A stretch of DNA of 64,000 nucleotides from Octopus vulgaris (taxonomy: Eukaryota): NCBI GenBank assembly GCA_951406725.2, contig OX597826.1, forward strand, positions 44,516,001 through 44,580,000. The letters are read 5' to 3'. Below are positions 1 to 12,822 of the stretch, piece after piece (positions within the stretch are counted from its first letter, which is position 1; each line of letters starts with the position of its first letter). Under the pieces are notes generated by a model. The model searched no databases. It worked only from the letters and a program-made list of their open reading frames with translations, and was not told where the DNA came from. The translations under genes and the position numbers were made by a program.

Positions 1-35
1 AGTGGATTTGGTAGACGGCAGCTGAAAGACACCCG

Positions 36-79
<44 letters not shown>

Positions 80-357
80 GTGTGTGTCTGTGCTTGTGTG
101 TGCGTGTGAGGATTTATGTTTGCGTGTGTGGGTGTGTCTTTGTGTCTGTGTTTGTCCGTCAACCATCACTTGATAACCGATGTTGCTTAGTTTACGTCTT
201 CGTAACTTAACAGTTGGGAAGAAAACCGATAAAATACGTCGTAGGCTTATGAAGAATAAGCCCCGGGGTCGATTTCTTCAACTAAAAAAAAACCTTCGAG
301 GCTATGCTCCAGTGCAATAGCAGTCAAATGATTGAAACAAGTAAAACGAATAAAAGA
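1..357 (+). mobile_element. SINE family B copy (5' end cut by window edge)
   Basis: Matches the copy at 36147-36572: AGTGGATTTGGTAGAC, internal (TA)n(TG)n, and 3' end CAGTCAAATGA-TGAAACAAGTAAAA. Confidence 0.85.
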
Positions 358-620
358 CTTCACCTATCTACTTCCCACGATTGCAATCCTATGAACTATT
401 ATGCGTAGAGGTGATTGAAAAAGACACCAACCGTTCTACCTGTAATACGAAGGGTGAGATCGTGCCCAAGATCAACGAGGTGCCTGAAATTCTTCCTAGG
501 GATGTAGTGAGGAAGCCATAAGCTGTTTCAGTCGCCGTCTGAGACTGTAGTGAAAGTTAAGGGCGGCTTCTTTCAGTAAACTGTTATCTCCCAGCCGTAA
601 TCTAATTGACATTGTCTGAT
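358..620 (+). pseudogene. 3' fragment of a Tc1/mariner-superfamily (maT/DD37D-like) transposase
   Basis: Frameshifted translation SHDCNPMNYYA / VIEKDTNRSTCNTKGEIVPKINEVPEILPRDVV / FSRRLRL*VKVKGGFFQ* resembles the SPDLNPLDY..W ... RLEAVVEAEGGYFE* C-terminus. Confidence 0.65.
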
Positions 621-681
621 ATTTTGAAATAGTATTACTTTTGCAACACGAACACGCTATGTACACACACACACACATATA

Positions 682-730
<49 letters not shown>

Positions 731-737
<7 letters not shown>

Positions 738-917
738 GTACTCTATTTTTTGTTATTTAAGAAAAATATCCAGTTCCTTGGGTTTGTGTCTATGTTTTCG
801 TTTCTCATTGAGTTCGACGCTTTTTTGGTGTCCTGTACTCATATATGCGTGTATATATACATGTAGAGGTAGGTACGTACATATATGTATATATATATGC
901 ATATGTTTTAATTATTA

Positions 918-930
<13 letters not shown>
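731..930 (+). repeat. Unclassified interspersed repeat (same family as 27383-27610)
   Basis: Shares ATGTC(C/T)TGTACTCT...TATGTTTTCGTTTCTCATTG...TGTCCTGTAC(T/C)CATATATGC with 27446-27600. Confidence 0.7.
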
Positions 931-954
<24 letters not shown>

Positions 955-956
955 CA

Positions 957-1082
957 TAGAATGTCAGTTAGATTGCGGCTGTGAGATAACAGTTTACTGA
1001 AAGTAGCCGCCCTCAACTTCCACCAGTCTCAGACGGTGACTGAAACTACTGCATCCCTGAGAAAATCTTCGGACACCTCCCA
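957..1082 (-). pseudogene. Second, inverted copy of the same transposase 3' end
   Basis: Reverse complement aligns with 477-615 and encodes FSHRLRLVEVEGGYFQ*. Confidence 0.65.
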
Positions 1083-1286
1083 TATATGTAAATGTATATA
1101 TATATATATATATTACTGCAAGAAAGTTAGGGTTGTGGGTCCAATCCACTAAGGGATAATATCTATCCAATATACTGTTGGTATAATACCCAATTATTAA
1201 AACACAAGTTTTTTTTTTATTGCATTGCAATTTACTTACCTAGTGTATTAAATGGGTGAAGGTAAAGATATATTTTACCATTAATT

Positions 1287-1493
1287 TATATTGCAAATAA
1301 GAAAATGGAGAAGCACACTAGTTGTTTCATCAACTTTAGGACATTAAAATGTTAAATTATTTATTTATTGTATTCTTATTTTATATGCATAGAATAATAT
1401 GCTATATGTATGTATGTTATTATAATTATCATTTTAATAAATAAATTAAAGTTGATGAACCAACTATTGTGCTTCTCCATTTTCTTATTTGCA

Positions 1494-1498
<5 letters not shown>
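1287..1498. mobile_element. MITE-like element with ~51-bp terminal inverted repeats
   Basis: 1287-1337 matches the reverse complement of 1448-1498 with 2 mismatches. The spacer is AT-rich and the ends are TA. Confidence 0.75.
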
Positions 1499-1529
<31 letters not shown>

Positions 1530-1754
1530 TAGTATGTTTGCCCGTTTCTTTGTGCGCTTGCTTCTAAAAAACGGCGTCATGCGTTACTTCACTTTATGTG
1601 TAGGCGTTATAGAGTGATGCAATAGAGATCGATAAGTTGTTTACTAATCTGAAATAATTACAGGGCTTATTTGATTGTGTAAAAAAAAAATCGAATAGGT
1701 TACTGCAGCCTAGCCATAGTTCAACCAAACATCATTAAAGTAAAAATATTTGTT

Positions 1755-2189
1755 TCACACTGTGGTACAAAGTGAGCAATTTTTTAGCGGCAAGTGGTCA
1801 GTTGATTACATCGACAATCATGACCAACAGGTACTTATATTATCGAAACGACGGAAAGCACCGTTGACCCCGCTAAAGTTTGAACTCAGAAGAATCATCA
1901 CTGAGATTTTGTGCGACTGTCTAATAATTCTGCTAGCTTTCTTTCAAGTTTTGTTAGAAAGTCAGCAATTTTAGCGGTGGCGGTTGGGAATTGGTGTGGG
2001 GAGGTTGGGTTAGTCAATACTATCGACTCTAGCACTTGGCTGATGCTACGTTTTATCGACCGTGTAGGGATGAAAGCCAAAGTTGATTCCGGTGGAATTT
2101 GAATTCAGATCGTAACGACTTGAAATGCTACGGAGCAGTTTTTTTTTATTCATTCCGATTACAATAACGGTTCTGCCAGCTCACCGCCT
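1755..2189 (-). mobile_element. Two tandem degenerate SINE family A copies
   Basis: TTTGAACTCAGAA / GAATTTGAATTCAGA B-box complements and 5' end TTCTGCCAGCTCACCGCCT. Confidence 0.65.
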
Positions 2190-2789
2190 CACAATAAAAG
2201 TAATAAAAAAAAATACATACACAAAACCACGACAGTCACAGAATTGTGATATCGATTTTAAAATTCTGATTTAGCTGATCCCGGTTAGCTTCGGCATGCA
2301 TACCATCCTTTATATGGTAATTCAATACAACATTAATGATAATTCTATGCAACGAATGCTACCAGCTGAGAGGTTTCATGAAAATGAAGTAGGAGAATTA
2401 TGACACTTCGAATTTTAATGACGTATAAAAGTTGGTTTCAATTTCGAAGAGTAGTTCTGTTCTTTATTTTTATTTTTTAAATTATAAAATAGCTTCGAGG
2501 AATTTCGAAGACAAGATTATGAAGCGTAGTCGGGTTAGTACTAGAGGTGAAGCTGTTAATAACAGAAAAACAAACCGAAAAGTGATATCACAAGTATTTT
2601 CTCTGAAGATTTAGTTTATATTTACACAAGACGACAAACAGCAGACACAATTCATACATATGAAATCAAACATTGTAATTTGAATAATAATATCAAATGT
2701 TATTCCATTGAATTTATAAGATACGCGTACATAGCAATATTACCTGTTTCTGAATATTGATCAGTCGGTCAGGTACAGCGCATCGATGA

Positions 2790-2965
2790 AAAGTATCCAT
2801 GCGGTTAAGATGCTCCATTTGCAATCATGTTGTTTCAGGTTCATTCTCACTGAGCGGCACTTTCGGCACCTTGATTTCTACTATAACCACTGACTGCTCT
2901 TCAATACGTTGTCACTACATTTGTGAATATGGTTGATAAAAATTCAGTGGAAGCCCGTCAGATAT
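2790..2965 (+). mobile_element. Degenerate SINE family B 5' half
   Basis: GGTTAAGATGCT...GGTTCATTCTCACTG...GGAAGCCCGTC resembles the family B head. Confidence 0.5.
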
Positions 2966-3359
2966 AAATAAACAAAAGCTCTACTGTATTGGACCATGAG
3001 GATCACGGCGATGAGCATTGTTAGCGATGTTTCTTCTTGTATTAATGTCTCATTTGTGGGACTTTACATGAAAGTAACTAGGGCATATGTTGTAAGGTAT
3101 AACATATGGTAGGGTGGCATATGTATGGGCACTGAAGTTCTAACAACATATTCCTGAAAACTACGTCTGTATTCCGGGTGCCCACCACCACCACCAACAT
3201 TCTGTCTGCACGACCACATTCCACGACTGAAATATTTACTCGAATAAAAGAGTAAGAATATGTTAATTTACATATTTCTGTAAATTTATAGATATGTTCA
3301 TAAGTTTCATTATCTTATATAGCATCCTTGACCTCTACGACCTTTGTATTAATACGCAT

Positions 3360-3575
3360 GTACATCCCGACAAATGCTTAGCGGCATTACATCCGTTTTA
3401 ACGCTTTGTTGAGGTCGACTTTGCCAAAGTCAAATTCTGCCGAGGTCGACTTTGCTTTTATCCCTTTGGGTCGGATAAAATAAGCACCAGTCAAGTACTG
3501 GGGTCAGTGTAATCGACTGGACCCTTCCCCCTGATCTTCAGAATTTTGTACCCGCAGTAGAAGAAATTATTATCT
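3360..3575 (+). mobile_element. Degenerate SINE family A copy with short internal duplication
   Basis: AAATGCTTAGCGGCATT...GAGGTCGACTTTGC (twice)...ATAAAATAAGCACCAG. Confidence 0.65.
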
Positions 3576-4234
3576 ATATTGTTTATGATGTTATTACCTT
3601 CAGAAAACATTCTATTATCGCTCGGTATAGTTTGCATTCATCTTCGCCCAAGTTTTACAGTACAGCCAGCCTTCATTTCGAAGCGTGTTTGGCCCTATAG
3701 CTTGTCCCATGCATCCGCTAATTGGTTTATATGCTTATATATGTATAACCACCCACTTGATACTCCAAGCTTTCACGCAGCTGAATATCCAGAGAGAAAA
3801 ATTATGTTACGCCATTTTATTTGACTGATGAAATACCAGCTTAATGGTAACGCAGCTGGAGGGACAGATATCTGTACCAACAATGTATTGTTGAATAGAC
3901 TGCAACGATGTGTCATAAAGTGTACTATTTGAGAACTGCAACAACGTGTCAATGTGTCATAAAGTTCACTGTTTCAGGACGCATCGGAATGTAAAGTTTT
4001 CATATTACTAAAATAGCTTATAAGTGAAAAGATGTGTTACAGATATAATCTACAAATACACAAAAAAGCTACCTATGTTGTTACTACCATTATACTCAAA
4101 GCCAGCACCGGCAGGAACAATATTTCTGAATAGATTAGATAACCAGGAATCAGTCATTTCTCTTGATATAATTCCTTTTTTTCAAGACCAAAGTTTTGTG
4201 GAATTGTCGCTATATCTTTTGTCCGCTCCATCCA

Positions 4235-4400
4235 TTGGACTGCAGCTAAGCTGGAACATGATACGCGTTTCCCTATCGTTTCGGTCTTCCAAATTCACTC
4301 AAAAGGCATTGCTTGGCCCCGGATTATAGTAGAAGAAATTGCTCTAAGGTGCTACGCAGTGAGACTGGCTACGAATCTAGGTGGTTGCAAAGCGAGGTTA
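4235..4400 (-). mobile_element. Degenerate SINE family B 5' half
   Basis: CCAAATTCACTCAAAAGGCATTGCTTGGCCCCGGATTATAGTAGAAGA matches 18744-18790. Confidence 0.55.
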
Positions 4401-5409
4401 AAAAATTCCTCATTATTGCAATCAAATTTGTCTGTGTTTATGAGAACATTTCTGGAAACAATTACCACTTATTTACATATTACGCAGTTGTCCTAATATA
4501 TTTTCATAGGATTATAATTGTCTGAAGAATTAGCGATAAGCTGCAGGTTTTCATTTGTTATGTACACCAAACGAGCAGCAAAGTAAAATAATCAACCTTT
4601 CAGTCACTTTGTATTAACTATACAAATCCTAAACTCCGCAAAGGTATCGCCTCACTGATTCTAATGACGCTCAATAAGCATCTTAATGAACATAACTTCA
4701 TTTGCAAATGCATATAAGCAAATGACCTTATCCCATTTATATATAACAGCATTTCTGTAAGTTATTACCCGTTAAGTATTATATCCAAGGATAAAAATGT
4801 TCCTGTAGTTGAATTCTCTATCTGTTTGTGTAAAACTACAACCCTTTAAGTGAAGCAATCAAATCAGCAAACGTACAGTTAAGTTATAGGAAGCAATAGA
4901 AATGACGAACCACTGAAATGGAGTTTATTTTCAGTATTGATTAATAACTGGACAACGTTACGAAAATAAAAGAAGCCTTTCTTTAGCTTGTCCTTTCCAT
5001 ATATATAATTGGCAGAATTCACACTAAAAATAGGGTTTTAACATAAGCCATACTTATCCTAACTATGGTAACGATTGAATTTTCGTCAGAAAAGGAAAGA
5101 AATTGAAATCAGATGAAAAAGTGATTAAGGATACCATCTTGTTATAAGCACATACATCTTTAAAAATAGAAAGTGCACACGATTATGACAGAAGCTTTTG
5201 ACTTTAGTTCTTACGGGTAGTCATCCATATTTCAAATAACGTGTACAGCCACAAAGTAAAAATAGTTTCAGTTATAAGAGTTGGTTTATATTTAGGTTTC
5301 TAATTTCGTTGTTTATAGTGTGATGGCGAAAGATTTACCAAGGGTACAATCGGAATAAATATTTGATGCTTTCTTTACTTAGTGAGAGAGAAAGAGAGAG
5401 AAGGAGTGA

Positions 5410-5460
<51 letters not shown>

Positions 5461-5569
5461 CAGGTGAACTTAAATATTAGTGCATGGTGTTTTATTTCTT
5501 GAGTCTCAAAAGGAAGAGATTTGAAATCCAGGTACCAGGGCAAATAAAGTATTCTATGAATTCCTTGTT

Positions 5570-6285
5570 AAGAGCTCCCGCGGCTTACAGTGCTCACGGT
5601 GCCTCTAAAAGGCGGTGAAATCCATTGTTGTATCTCCACGTCACATTAATGTGGATGTTTCCTCTAGACAAGTGGCAGGTTGTAAGCGACCTCAGCTGTG
5701 ATTAACGCAGCACAGGGCTGAACGAACGACGCGATATGAAGACTAGTTCTTGACATCTCCTTTTGGGAGGAGTTAACTGGTGGAGCTGGGAGCCATGAAA
5801 CACCATAGAAGGAGGAATCTTCAATTTTAATTCCTTACTAGATGGGTCTCATGAGCACGGGTAGCGAATGTCTAAGGGAAAGAAACCCTTGACAGAAAAA
5901 TAACTTTTTTTTTTCAGGTTTTGAAGTTTGAGCATTGGGTTAATCACCTGATCTTGAAAAACTTCTGTGTACAGAAACTTTAGGTTTTCAGAAGAACCCA
6001 CACTACATGGAAAAGGCAATGGGTCCTAGCCTGAAAAAAGAAGGAATCGTGAAGTGTTTGAGTGAAAACCGAGAGAATGACAACCATGATATGGGCCACT
6101 GAAGGAAGGAGAAAGAGCAGAATACTCAAAAACACCTGGAAGACTGTTGATATGGGGAATGTAGAACAAGGTACAAACTGCAACCATCGACAGCATGGGG
6201 AGAGTTAGTGGGATGGAGGAAGAGAGAGGAAGAGATGGAGGGAGAGGTTTTATGTGTCGCTTGGCACAGAGTGGAGAGGCAGAAG
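5570..6285 (+). mobile_element. Degraded, internally deleted RTE-like LINE derivative
   Basis: WATEGRRKSRILKNTW ... WGE ... VLCVAWHRVE resembles the RTE C-terminus (W.PEGKRKRGRPKNTW...ALC). The upstream part looks non-coding. Confidence 0.4.
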
Positions 6286-6761
6286 ATTCTATCCAACGCT
6301 TGAACGATTCAGCAAATTCGTCGTCTTAGATTTAAGCTGAATAAACTAACGAAAAGTAAAAAGGGTGAGTAGGACTTTACTTAACATATTGATTTAATCT
6401 ATTTTCGTTGAAACTTTAGCTTATCTAATTAGCATATTACTATTACATGTGAAAGCACGTGATCATAAGGTCTTCGGTTCAATTCCAGCACTGAGCTGTA
6501 TCGCTGTATTCTTGAGCAATGCACTTCATTTTTCGTTTTTCCTACCTTTTCAGCTGAACATGAATACCAGTCGATTGCTGGCGTTCTCTCCCCAGCTATC
6601 ATATCGTGGGTGCTCTGCTAGGTCAATTGTTGAATGTCCAAACTGGTCATTATATCTAATTGCAACAATATACATACATTAAAACAGAGAAAGCATGGTA
6701 AAAGTTACTCTTATCAAGCCGTAAACACTCTGATAGCTCACACGGGATTACTGGATTTACT

Positions 6762-6989
6762 AATATTGGTGTAAATTTTGGGTACAAAGCCTGCAACTTC
6801 GGGGGAGGTGATGAGTCGAGTAGATCGACCCCAGTGCTCAACTAGTACATATTTTAAGTGCCCTCCACCTCGAAAAGGATGAAAGGCAAAGCCGACCTCG
6901 TCAGTATTTGAACTCAAAATGAGAGTACAGACGAAATGCCGCTAATCATTTTGCCTGGCGTGCTAAAGATTCTGCCAGCTCGCCGCCTT
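6762..6989 (-). mobile_element. SINE family A copy
   Basis: AAAGGATGAAAGGCAAAGCCGACCTCG...TTTGAACTCA...TCTGCCAGCTCGCCGCCTT. Confidence 0.8.
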
Positions 6990-7275
6990 CAACTGGCTCT
7001 ACTATTATTACTTAGAGTTTGTTTTATAAAGCCCCTACTGTTTATTAGATCTCACGTTGATTTTAATTTTCTTGAGTGATTTAGAAAAATAAACGTTCCT
7101 GTTTAGTTCTTTGAAGGTTGAAAACTCCGTCTTTTTTTTAATCAGAGGAATGATAAGATCTTTTAAGATATTGTCTGTTCTGTCATTTTCTAATAGTTTG
7201 TTTAGATCAGTGAACAGACATGTCAGACTACTGAACAAATTTAGAGTTGTTTTCGACTACATTTTCCTTGATTCG

Positions 7276-7676
7276 TTTATTCTTTTATTTGCGTTAGTTA
7301 TTTGGCTGCGGCCATTATGGAGCACCACCTTGGAAGATTTAGCTGTTGAAATCGCCCTCGGTATTTATTTTTAAGTCTGGTACGTATTTTAGCGGTTCTT
7401 TTTTTCTGCCAAAAACACTAAGTAATAGGCACATTACCAGACTACACACAAACAACAGTTGCCAAGCGGTAAAGGAAAAACGTCAACGCAACGACCAACA
7501 CACACTCACATAGATATATACATATGACAAAAAGAGTTGGCTGTATTCATTTACAAAATCTTTTCACAAGCTTTTAGTTGGTCCAGGGCAATAGTTGTAG
7601 AACACGCCTCAATGTGGATCAGAACTCAAAACTACTTAATTGCAAAATAAAATTCCTAGCCACATATCCATGCTAG
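7276..7676 (-). mobile_element. Diverged SINE family B copy
   Basis: GCTGCGGCCATTATGGAGCACCACCTT...TTGCCAAGCGGT...CACAAGCTTTTAGTTGGTCCAGGGC, colinear with 18469-18878. Confidence 0.6.
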
Positions 7677-7859
7677 TGTATCTTTTTGTTTTCATAATAA
7701 CAATAATTTCCTAAAATTTCCTTTCGCGAACATCCTGACCTGTTTGAATCTTTCAAAGAAAGTAACTTTATTTAAATGATAGATATCGCTTTTTCGAACT
7801 TCTGCCAAGCTTTATTTAATTTACTCAACACACACACACAGATATATATACTGCAATTG

Positions 7860-9000
7860 AAATAGTCTCTCAAGTAACCACTATTTAACAGCTCAAAGCA
7901 ATATCAGACTGCTAATTCGCAAGCCTTTCATTCAAAAGGCCCTTTATTTAAAATACAGTAGACAATCATAAGAAAGAGGTATTTTTAACAACTTGATTTT
8001 ACTGTTATTTAGATATTTCCATCAATTCGGTATTGTTAGCTCTTCCCGACTAGTTCTATTTTAACAATCTACTTTTTCGAAATTTCCTCATATGAAAGGT
8101 TCTCCTCACAAACAATTATTTTTCTTCTTTTACTGTGTTTGCGCAATTTGCTAATAGAGTTTGATCACATTGCTTCAGTCGCAATTTGGCGTTTCATTGT
8201 GCTCGCATTTCTTCTCTAATCAAATTTTCTTTCGTACTTTCCCCCGTAATGTTTACACAGCGTCTTCCAAGCTACTATATGATCTATTCTTGTCTGTGAA
8301 ATGAATCACGAGTGCTGTGCAAAAAGAAGTAAATTGTCATCTTAGTGTCTACTGAAGCGAATAAAATTCTCAGTAATTGTAGTTATAGTGCACACTGATA
8401 TTTCTCTTCAAATAGAAGAAATTATTATTCCCTGCTTTAATGTCAACGCTGATGTATCAAATAGATAGTTTCTCATCTTTTGCTTACAAGTATTTCCTCT
8501 ATTTTAATTTATCACTTTTATCTCTGACTTCAAATTCTCACACAAATGAAGACAGTAAATTCTCGCAAACCATCTCTACAAATTGTAAGCAACCTGCTGT
8601 TAACCTGTGAATGTTGACAAAGATTAGAGAATTAAATTTGGCATAGAATGATGGCGGTTTTTGTGCACAATCATTCCTTAACAAGGTATTCTGTGAAGCA
8701 AAGTCAATAACTTGTTTTCAGCCCTCGTACGTGCAGTCTCCATTTCCTGTTATCTAAGTAAATAGTTTATTAGATACACCTTGATAAATAAGCAAATTAT
8801 CTAAAAGAATCTCATAAGTTTTTTTATCTTCTTCTAAATAATGTAATATATTGTTATATACCAAGCAAGAAGTTGTTTGTTGAATGAGTATGCTGAAATT
8901 CTCTAAATTATAGTTTGCATTCATGCAACTACAATTCTTGTAGCAATAAGTATTTTTTCAATGGGTCTTGACGATTTTTAGTTTCTTTTTAGGGCAACCA
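7860..9000 (-). pseudogene. Possible highly degraded hAT-family transposase remnant
   Basis: Only weak minus-strand resemblances (C..C...YNLE; SVDT...LLLF; NITGE) to hAT motifs YNLKRH, DESTD..QL.IF and TTGEDI, with many stops. Confidence 0.3.
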
Positions 9001-9600
9001 CTCAGTAGAGAAGCTGTAAGAAAAGTGGATTTATTGGATTTAATACAACACCAGTTCTTTTCACTTCAATAGATATTTATATTTGTAAATACGTTCGCGA
9101 AACAAAGACATACAAGACAAAAATCCATTGTAGTAATTTAATTTTTAAAACGTTCCACTATAAATACTAATAGCCATTTTCTTTTTAAATACACAAAAAT
9201 AAAATCAATAAATCAGCCATAATACATTACTGTGACTTAGGCGAGAGAACATGTACGTAGTCACTGAAACTGCGAAAAATGGTAGCCAAATCTATAAAAC
9301 ACACCGCACCTTCTTAAATAGGAGAAAGAAACTATTATAAAATATTGTCATAGAAATCTTTAAAAAGAAGAGATAGTCACAGCTGAAATGTTTGTGATGA
9401 TGGGCCTGCTCCATGAGGGTTGAACTATGATGAAGCAGCAGTGATTTAGCTTAACGCCTAAACCGGAGGGCTGTCAATTAAAGTAATTATAATCAAACTT
9501 GAAATTAATTGAGCCAATCCTAATATTGTAAGGCATTATTCGATTCACTACACCACTTGTAACTTTCTCACTATATCAGATATTATTATGTAGTTAGAAC

Positions 9601-10012
9601 AAGGCTGCGTGCTGGCAGAATTGTTAGCACATCAACCAACATGCTTTCCAGTATTTCGTCCGCGTTTTGAGTTCAAATTTTGCGGTGGACGACTTTAACT
9701 TTTATCATTTCGAAATCGATAAAAAAAGTACCAGTTAATCGACTTACATCATACCCCGAAATTGTTGTCCTTGCGCTAACCAAATATAGTTAAAGTATGG
9801 CTGCGAGCTGGCAGAAGCTTTAGCACGCGGGGGAAAATGCTTAACGGCATTTCATGCATCTTTACTGTTCTGAGTTAAAATTCTGCCGAAGTCAACTTTA
9901 GCTTCCATCATTTTGGAGTCGATAAAATAAGTACCACTTGAACGCTGGCGTCGATCTCATCGACTTACCATCTCCCTTGAAATTGCTGGCCTTGTACCAA
10001 AATTTGAAATCA
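9601..10012 (+). mobile_element. Two tandem SINE family A copies (9601-9785, 9798-10012)
   Basis: Each begins GGCTGCG(T/A)GCTGGCAGAA and contains GAGTT(C/A)AAATT and TCGATAAAA..AGTACCA. Confidence 0.75.
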
Positions 10013-10124
10013 AAATCTAATTGCAGTTAGTTAAAATGTTTTAAAACTGTTAATGAATTACTATAGTGTGGTAGGCTAATACACGTTTCATTACATGACC
10101 TGCTATTTGCTTTAAAGAATCATT

Positions 10125-10326
10125 TCTACTATAGGTACAAGACTTGAAGTTTAGGGTTAAGGGCTAGTCGATCACATGAACCCAATTGCTTAAACGGTAC
10201 TTAGCTAATTGATCCAAAAAGGAGGGAAGGCAAATTCGACCTCAACAGAATTTGAAATTAAGACGGGCAGAATGGCGCTTAGCATTTTGTCTGGCGTGCT
10301 AAGGATTCTATCAGCTGGCCGTCACC
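10125..10326 (-). mobile_element. Diverged SINE family A copy
   Basis: GAAGGCAAATTCGACCTCAACAGAATTTGAA...TGGCGTGCTAAGGATTCTATCAGCT. Confidence 0.65.
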
Positions 10327-10744
10327 TATTTGGTTTCAGTAATGACTAGTAATGTGTGCTCAAATTCAATATTCTTATTGGCTGAATGGCTATGCGTACA
10401 GGGCAGTACTCCAACTCTGTCGAAATCTCTTGATGGTACTGAATGCTGGTCTAACACGCAGTTTAATGCTGATCTCACACATGCTGTTCGATAAACAACG
10501 TAATTATTGATGAGATTTAAAATCAAATCAATCAGGATTAAAAGTCTCTACAAGATAGAATTTGCATTTTCTAAAGATTTTCAATCAAAACGGACCTTTT
10601 ATCCTCAAACAAGTTAAAGAACATTTCCTGAAGCGTTACATAATACATACACCACCACACATATATTCAAAAGCATTTACTATATTACATTCCAATAAAA
10701 ATTAAATCTTAAATATTGGCGATGTTTCTGTTTTTTGTTTTTTA

Positions 10745-11100
10745 GGCGTACTATGCTTGAATGGTTAAGCAGTTCACTTCACCAAATGACGAGATCCGGG
10801 ATTCGATTCCAGTCTGGGACAATCTGGGCAAAGTTATTTTCTTTTGCCTCGAGTCATCACTTACTTTACGAGTGTGATCAGATTGTCGGGAAGTGAACAG
10901 AAACTCATTAGGTGCATTGTGCACGTAATTCAAAATGTTATGGCTTACCGTGCACTATGTCACCCTGATTCTGCCAGAGAATAAGGGTACATACGTTCGT
11001 GGAAAACTCAGTCACTTATACATTCATTCAGGAAGAAGTAATTTGCTTGATCCAAGAACTTGAATCTCATCTCTGAGTGACGGAGATCGATTAACATCAT
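10745..11100 (+). mobile_element. Degenerate tRNA-derived SINE of another family
   Basis: A-box-like TGCTTGAATGGTTAA and B-box-like GGATTCGATTCC, followed by CTGGGCAA. Confidence 0.4.
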
Positions 11101-11589
11101 TATAGTTTGATTGCTTGTGTTGAATGTGAGATATTTATGTCCCATTTTCGATCCAAAGAGATATATTCAATAAATAAGAACTGTGTAAACTGTTCTATAA
11201 TTGTCAACTCATATCTGTGAATTTCAAGAAATAATTCTTAACGGTCCAAGTTACTTGTTTTGGGATATATTTCCGGGAGAAGTTATTTGATATTTTCTCA
11301 ACGTATTTTTCTGCAAATAAATAAGTTTATCACCCGCCCTCTAAAAACATAAAACCAAAATAACAATCAAAGTTAAAAGATTGTATGAAATTAAAGATAA
11401 AATAACCATAGAAAATAACATTAAATAACTATATTGTGCTGGAAAGAAAGTCCGATAACATCTTTTACACGATCAACGTGGGTGCTTACAGTAAATAAGC
11501 ACTAATGTTTTTACATTCAAGCATATTTTTCTTTCATTGCATTTTACCTTGTACTACAGAGGTTAAATTCGCATCGATTTTACTCTTTT

Positions 11590-12548
11590 AAAATGAGTCT
11601 AGATTATATTAGTCCCATATGAAACACATCATGTTGTATGAATTCAAATATAACTTTTCAGCAAAGGAAGTGGTAACAAAAATCCGTTCTCTCTATGTAA
11701 ATGAAATTTTAAGTGTCCACGCCAACGATGCTTTTAGGCACTTTCGCTCGGGAATGCTTTTATCTTAAAGATTCACCTGGTCCTCGATGATCAAATTCTG
11801 TCAATATTGACTTTCTGAAAACCGTAGTTGAAGAAAATCCAAAGCAAACTGCCTGAGAATTAACAAGACAACCCAAGTCACACGTCGATCATAAAACATT
11901 TTCACGAACTGGGAAAAGTGTTTCAACTGGGTTAATGAATTCCACAACGTCTGAATGCTTCTCTGCTTAACCAAAGAGTTGCTTTCTACTTATCATTGAG
12001 AGGAGATCTGCTACTGAACATTTCCTGAGTGGAATCATCACAAGTAATGAAAGGGAGTTCTCTATAATCATATGGAACGAAAATTACAATGGTTAGCGCC
12101 TAGTGAAAATGGAGAGCACATGCCCAAATCAGGACTACACCAGAAAAAAGTGATGCTCTGTGTCTGGTGGGATATAAAGTAGGTTGTCTATCATGAGCTG
12201 TTAAACCAAAACGAATGAGATAATACAGAAGAATGTTGTCGGGAACTGGAAGCACTGCACAAAAATTTGCAGGTAAAGTATCCATCATTGGTTGACCATA
12301 CAAGGCTCGTACTCTGACACAACAATGTAAGACTACAAATGACCTAAACTGCTCAGATAAAGATTATGGCACTGAATACAGAAGTTTTGCCTCATCCTCT
12401 TTATACTCCTGACCGTGCTCTATCTATTATCTATTCAGGTGATAGTTAAATTTGTTTGAGGAACGTAGCTTATTAATTGCGAAGAGGTTAAGAACAATAT
12501 TGAAAGTTTCTATACCACGAAAACTTAAGCACTTTACGCCCGAGACAT
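11590..12548 (+). pseudogene. Degraded mariner (DD34D) transposase
   Basis: Fragments HIMLYEFKYNFSAKE, KTVVEENPKQTA*EL, LGKVFQLG**IPQRL (WVPHEL), IITSNE, HQKKVMLCVWWD, HNNVRL (HDNARPH) and EVLPHPLYTPD, with multiple stops and frameshifts. Confidence 0.85.
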
Positions 12549-12822
12549 ATTATCCTGATAAATTATATATCAATTTAGACCAAAGAAGCACTAATTTCTT
12601 GCTCGTTTTGAAAGGCGGCAAGACTTTAATTCCAACCTAATAAAATTTCAAACAAAGAAGAGAAAATTTAATAAAGAATAGATTCAATAATGTAGGAACA
12701 ACACGCGGAATACAATTGAGGATGTAATATGAAATATGCACGGAAAGAAAATATAGAAGCAGTACGAGTTACTTTTGATAATAAAATGAAAAATATTGCT
12801 CATGCTATTATTTAACACTGTG

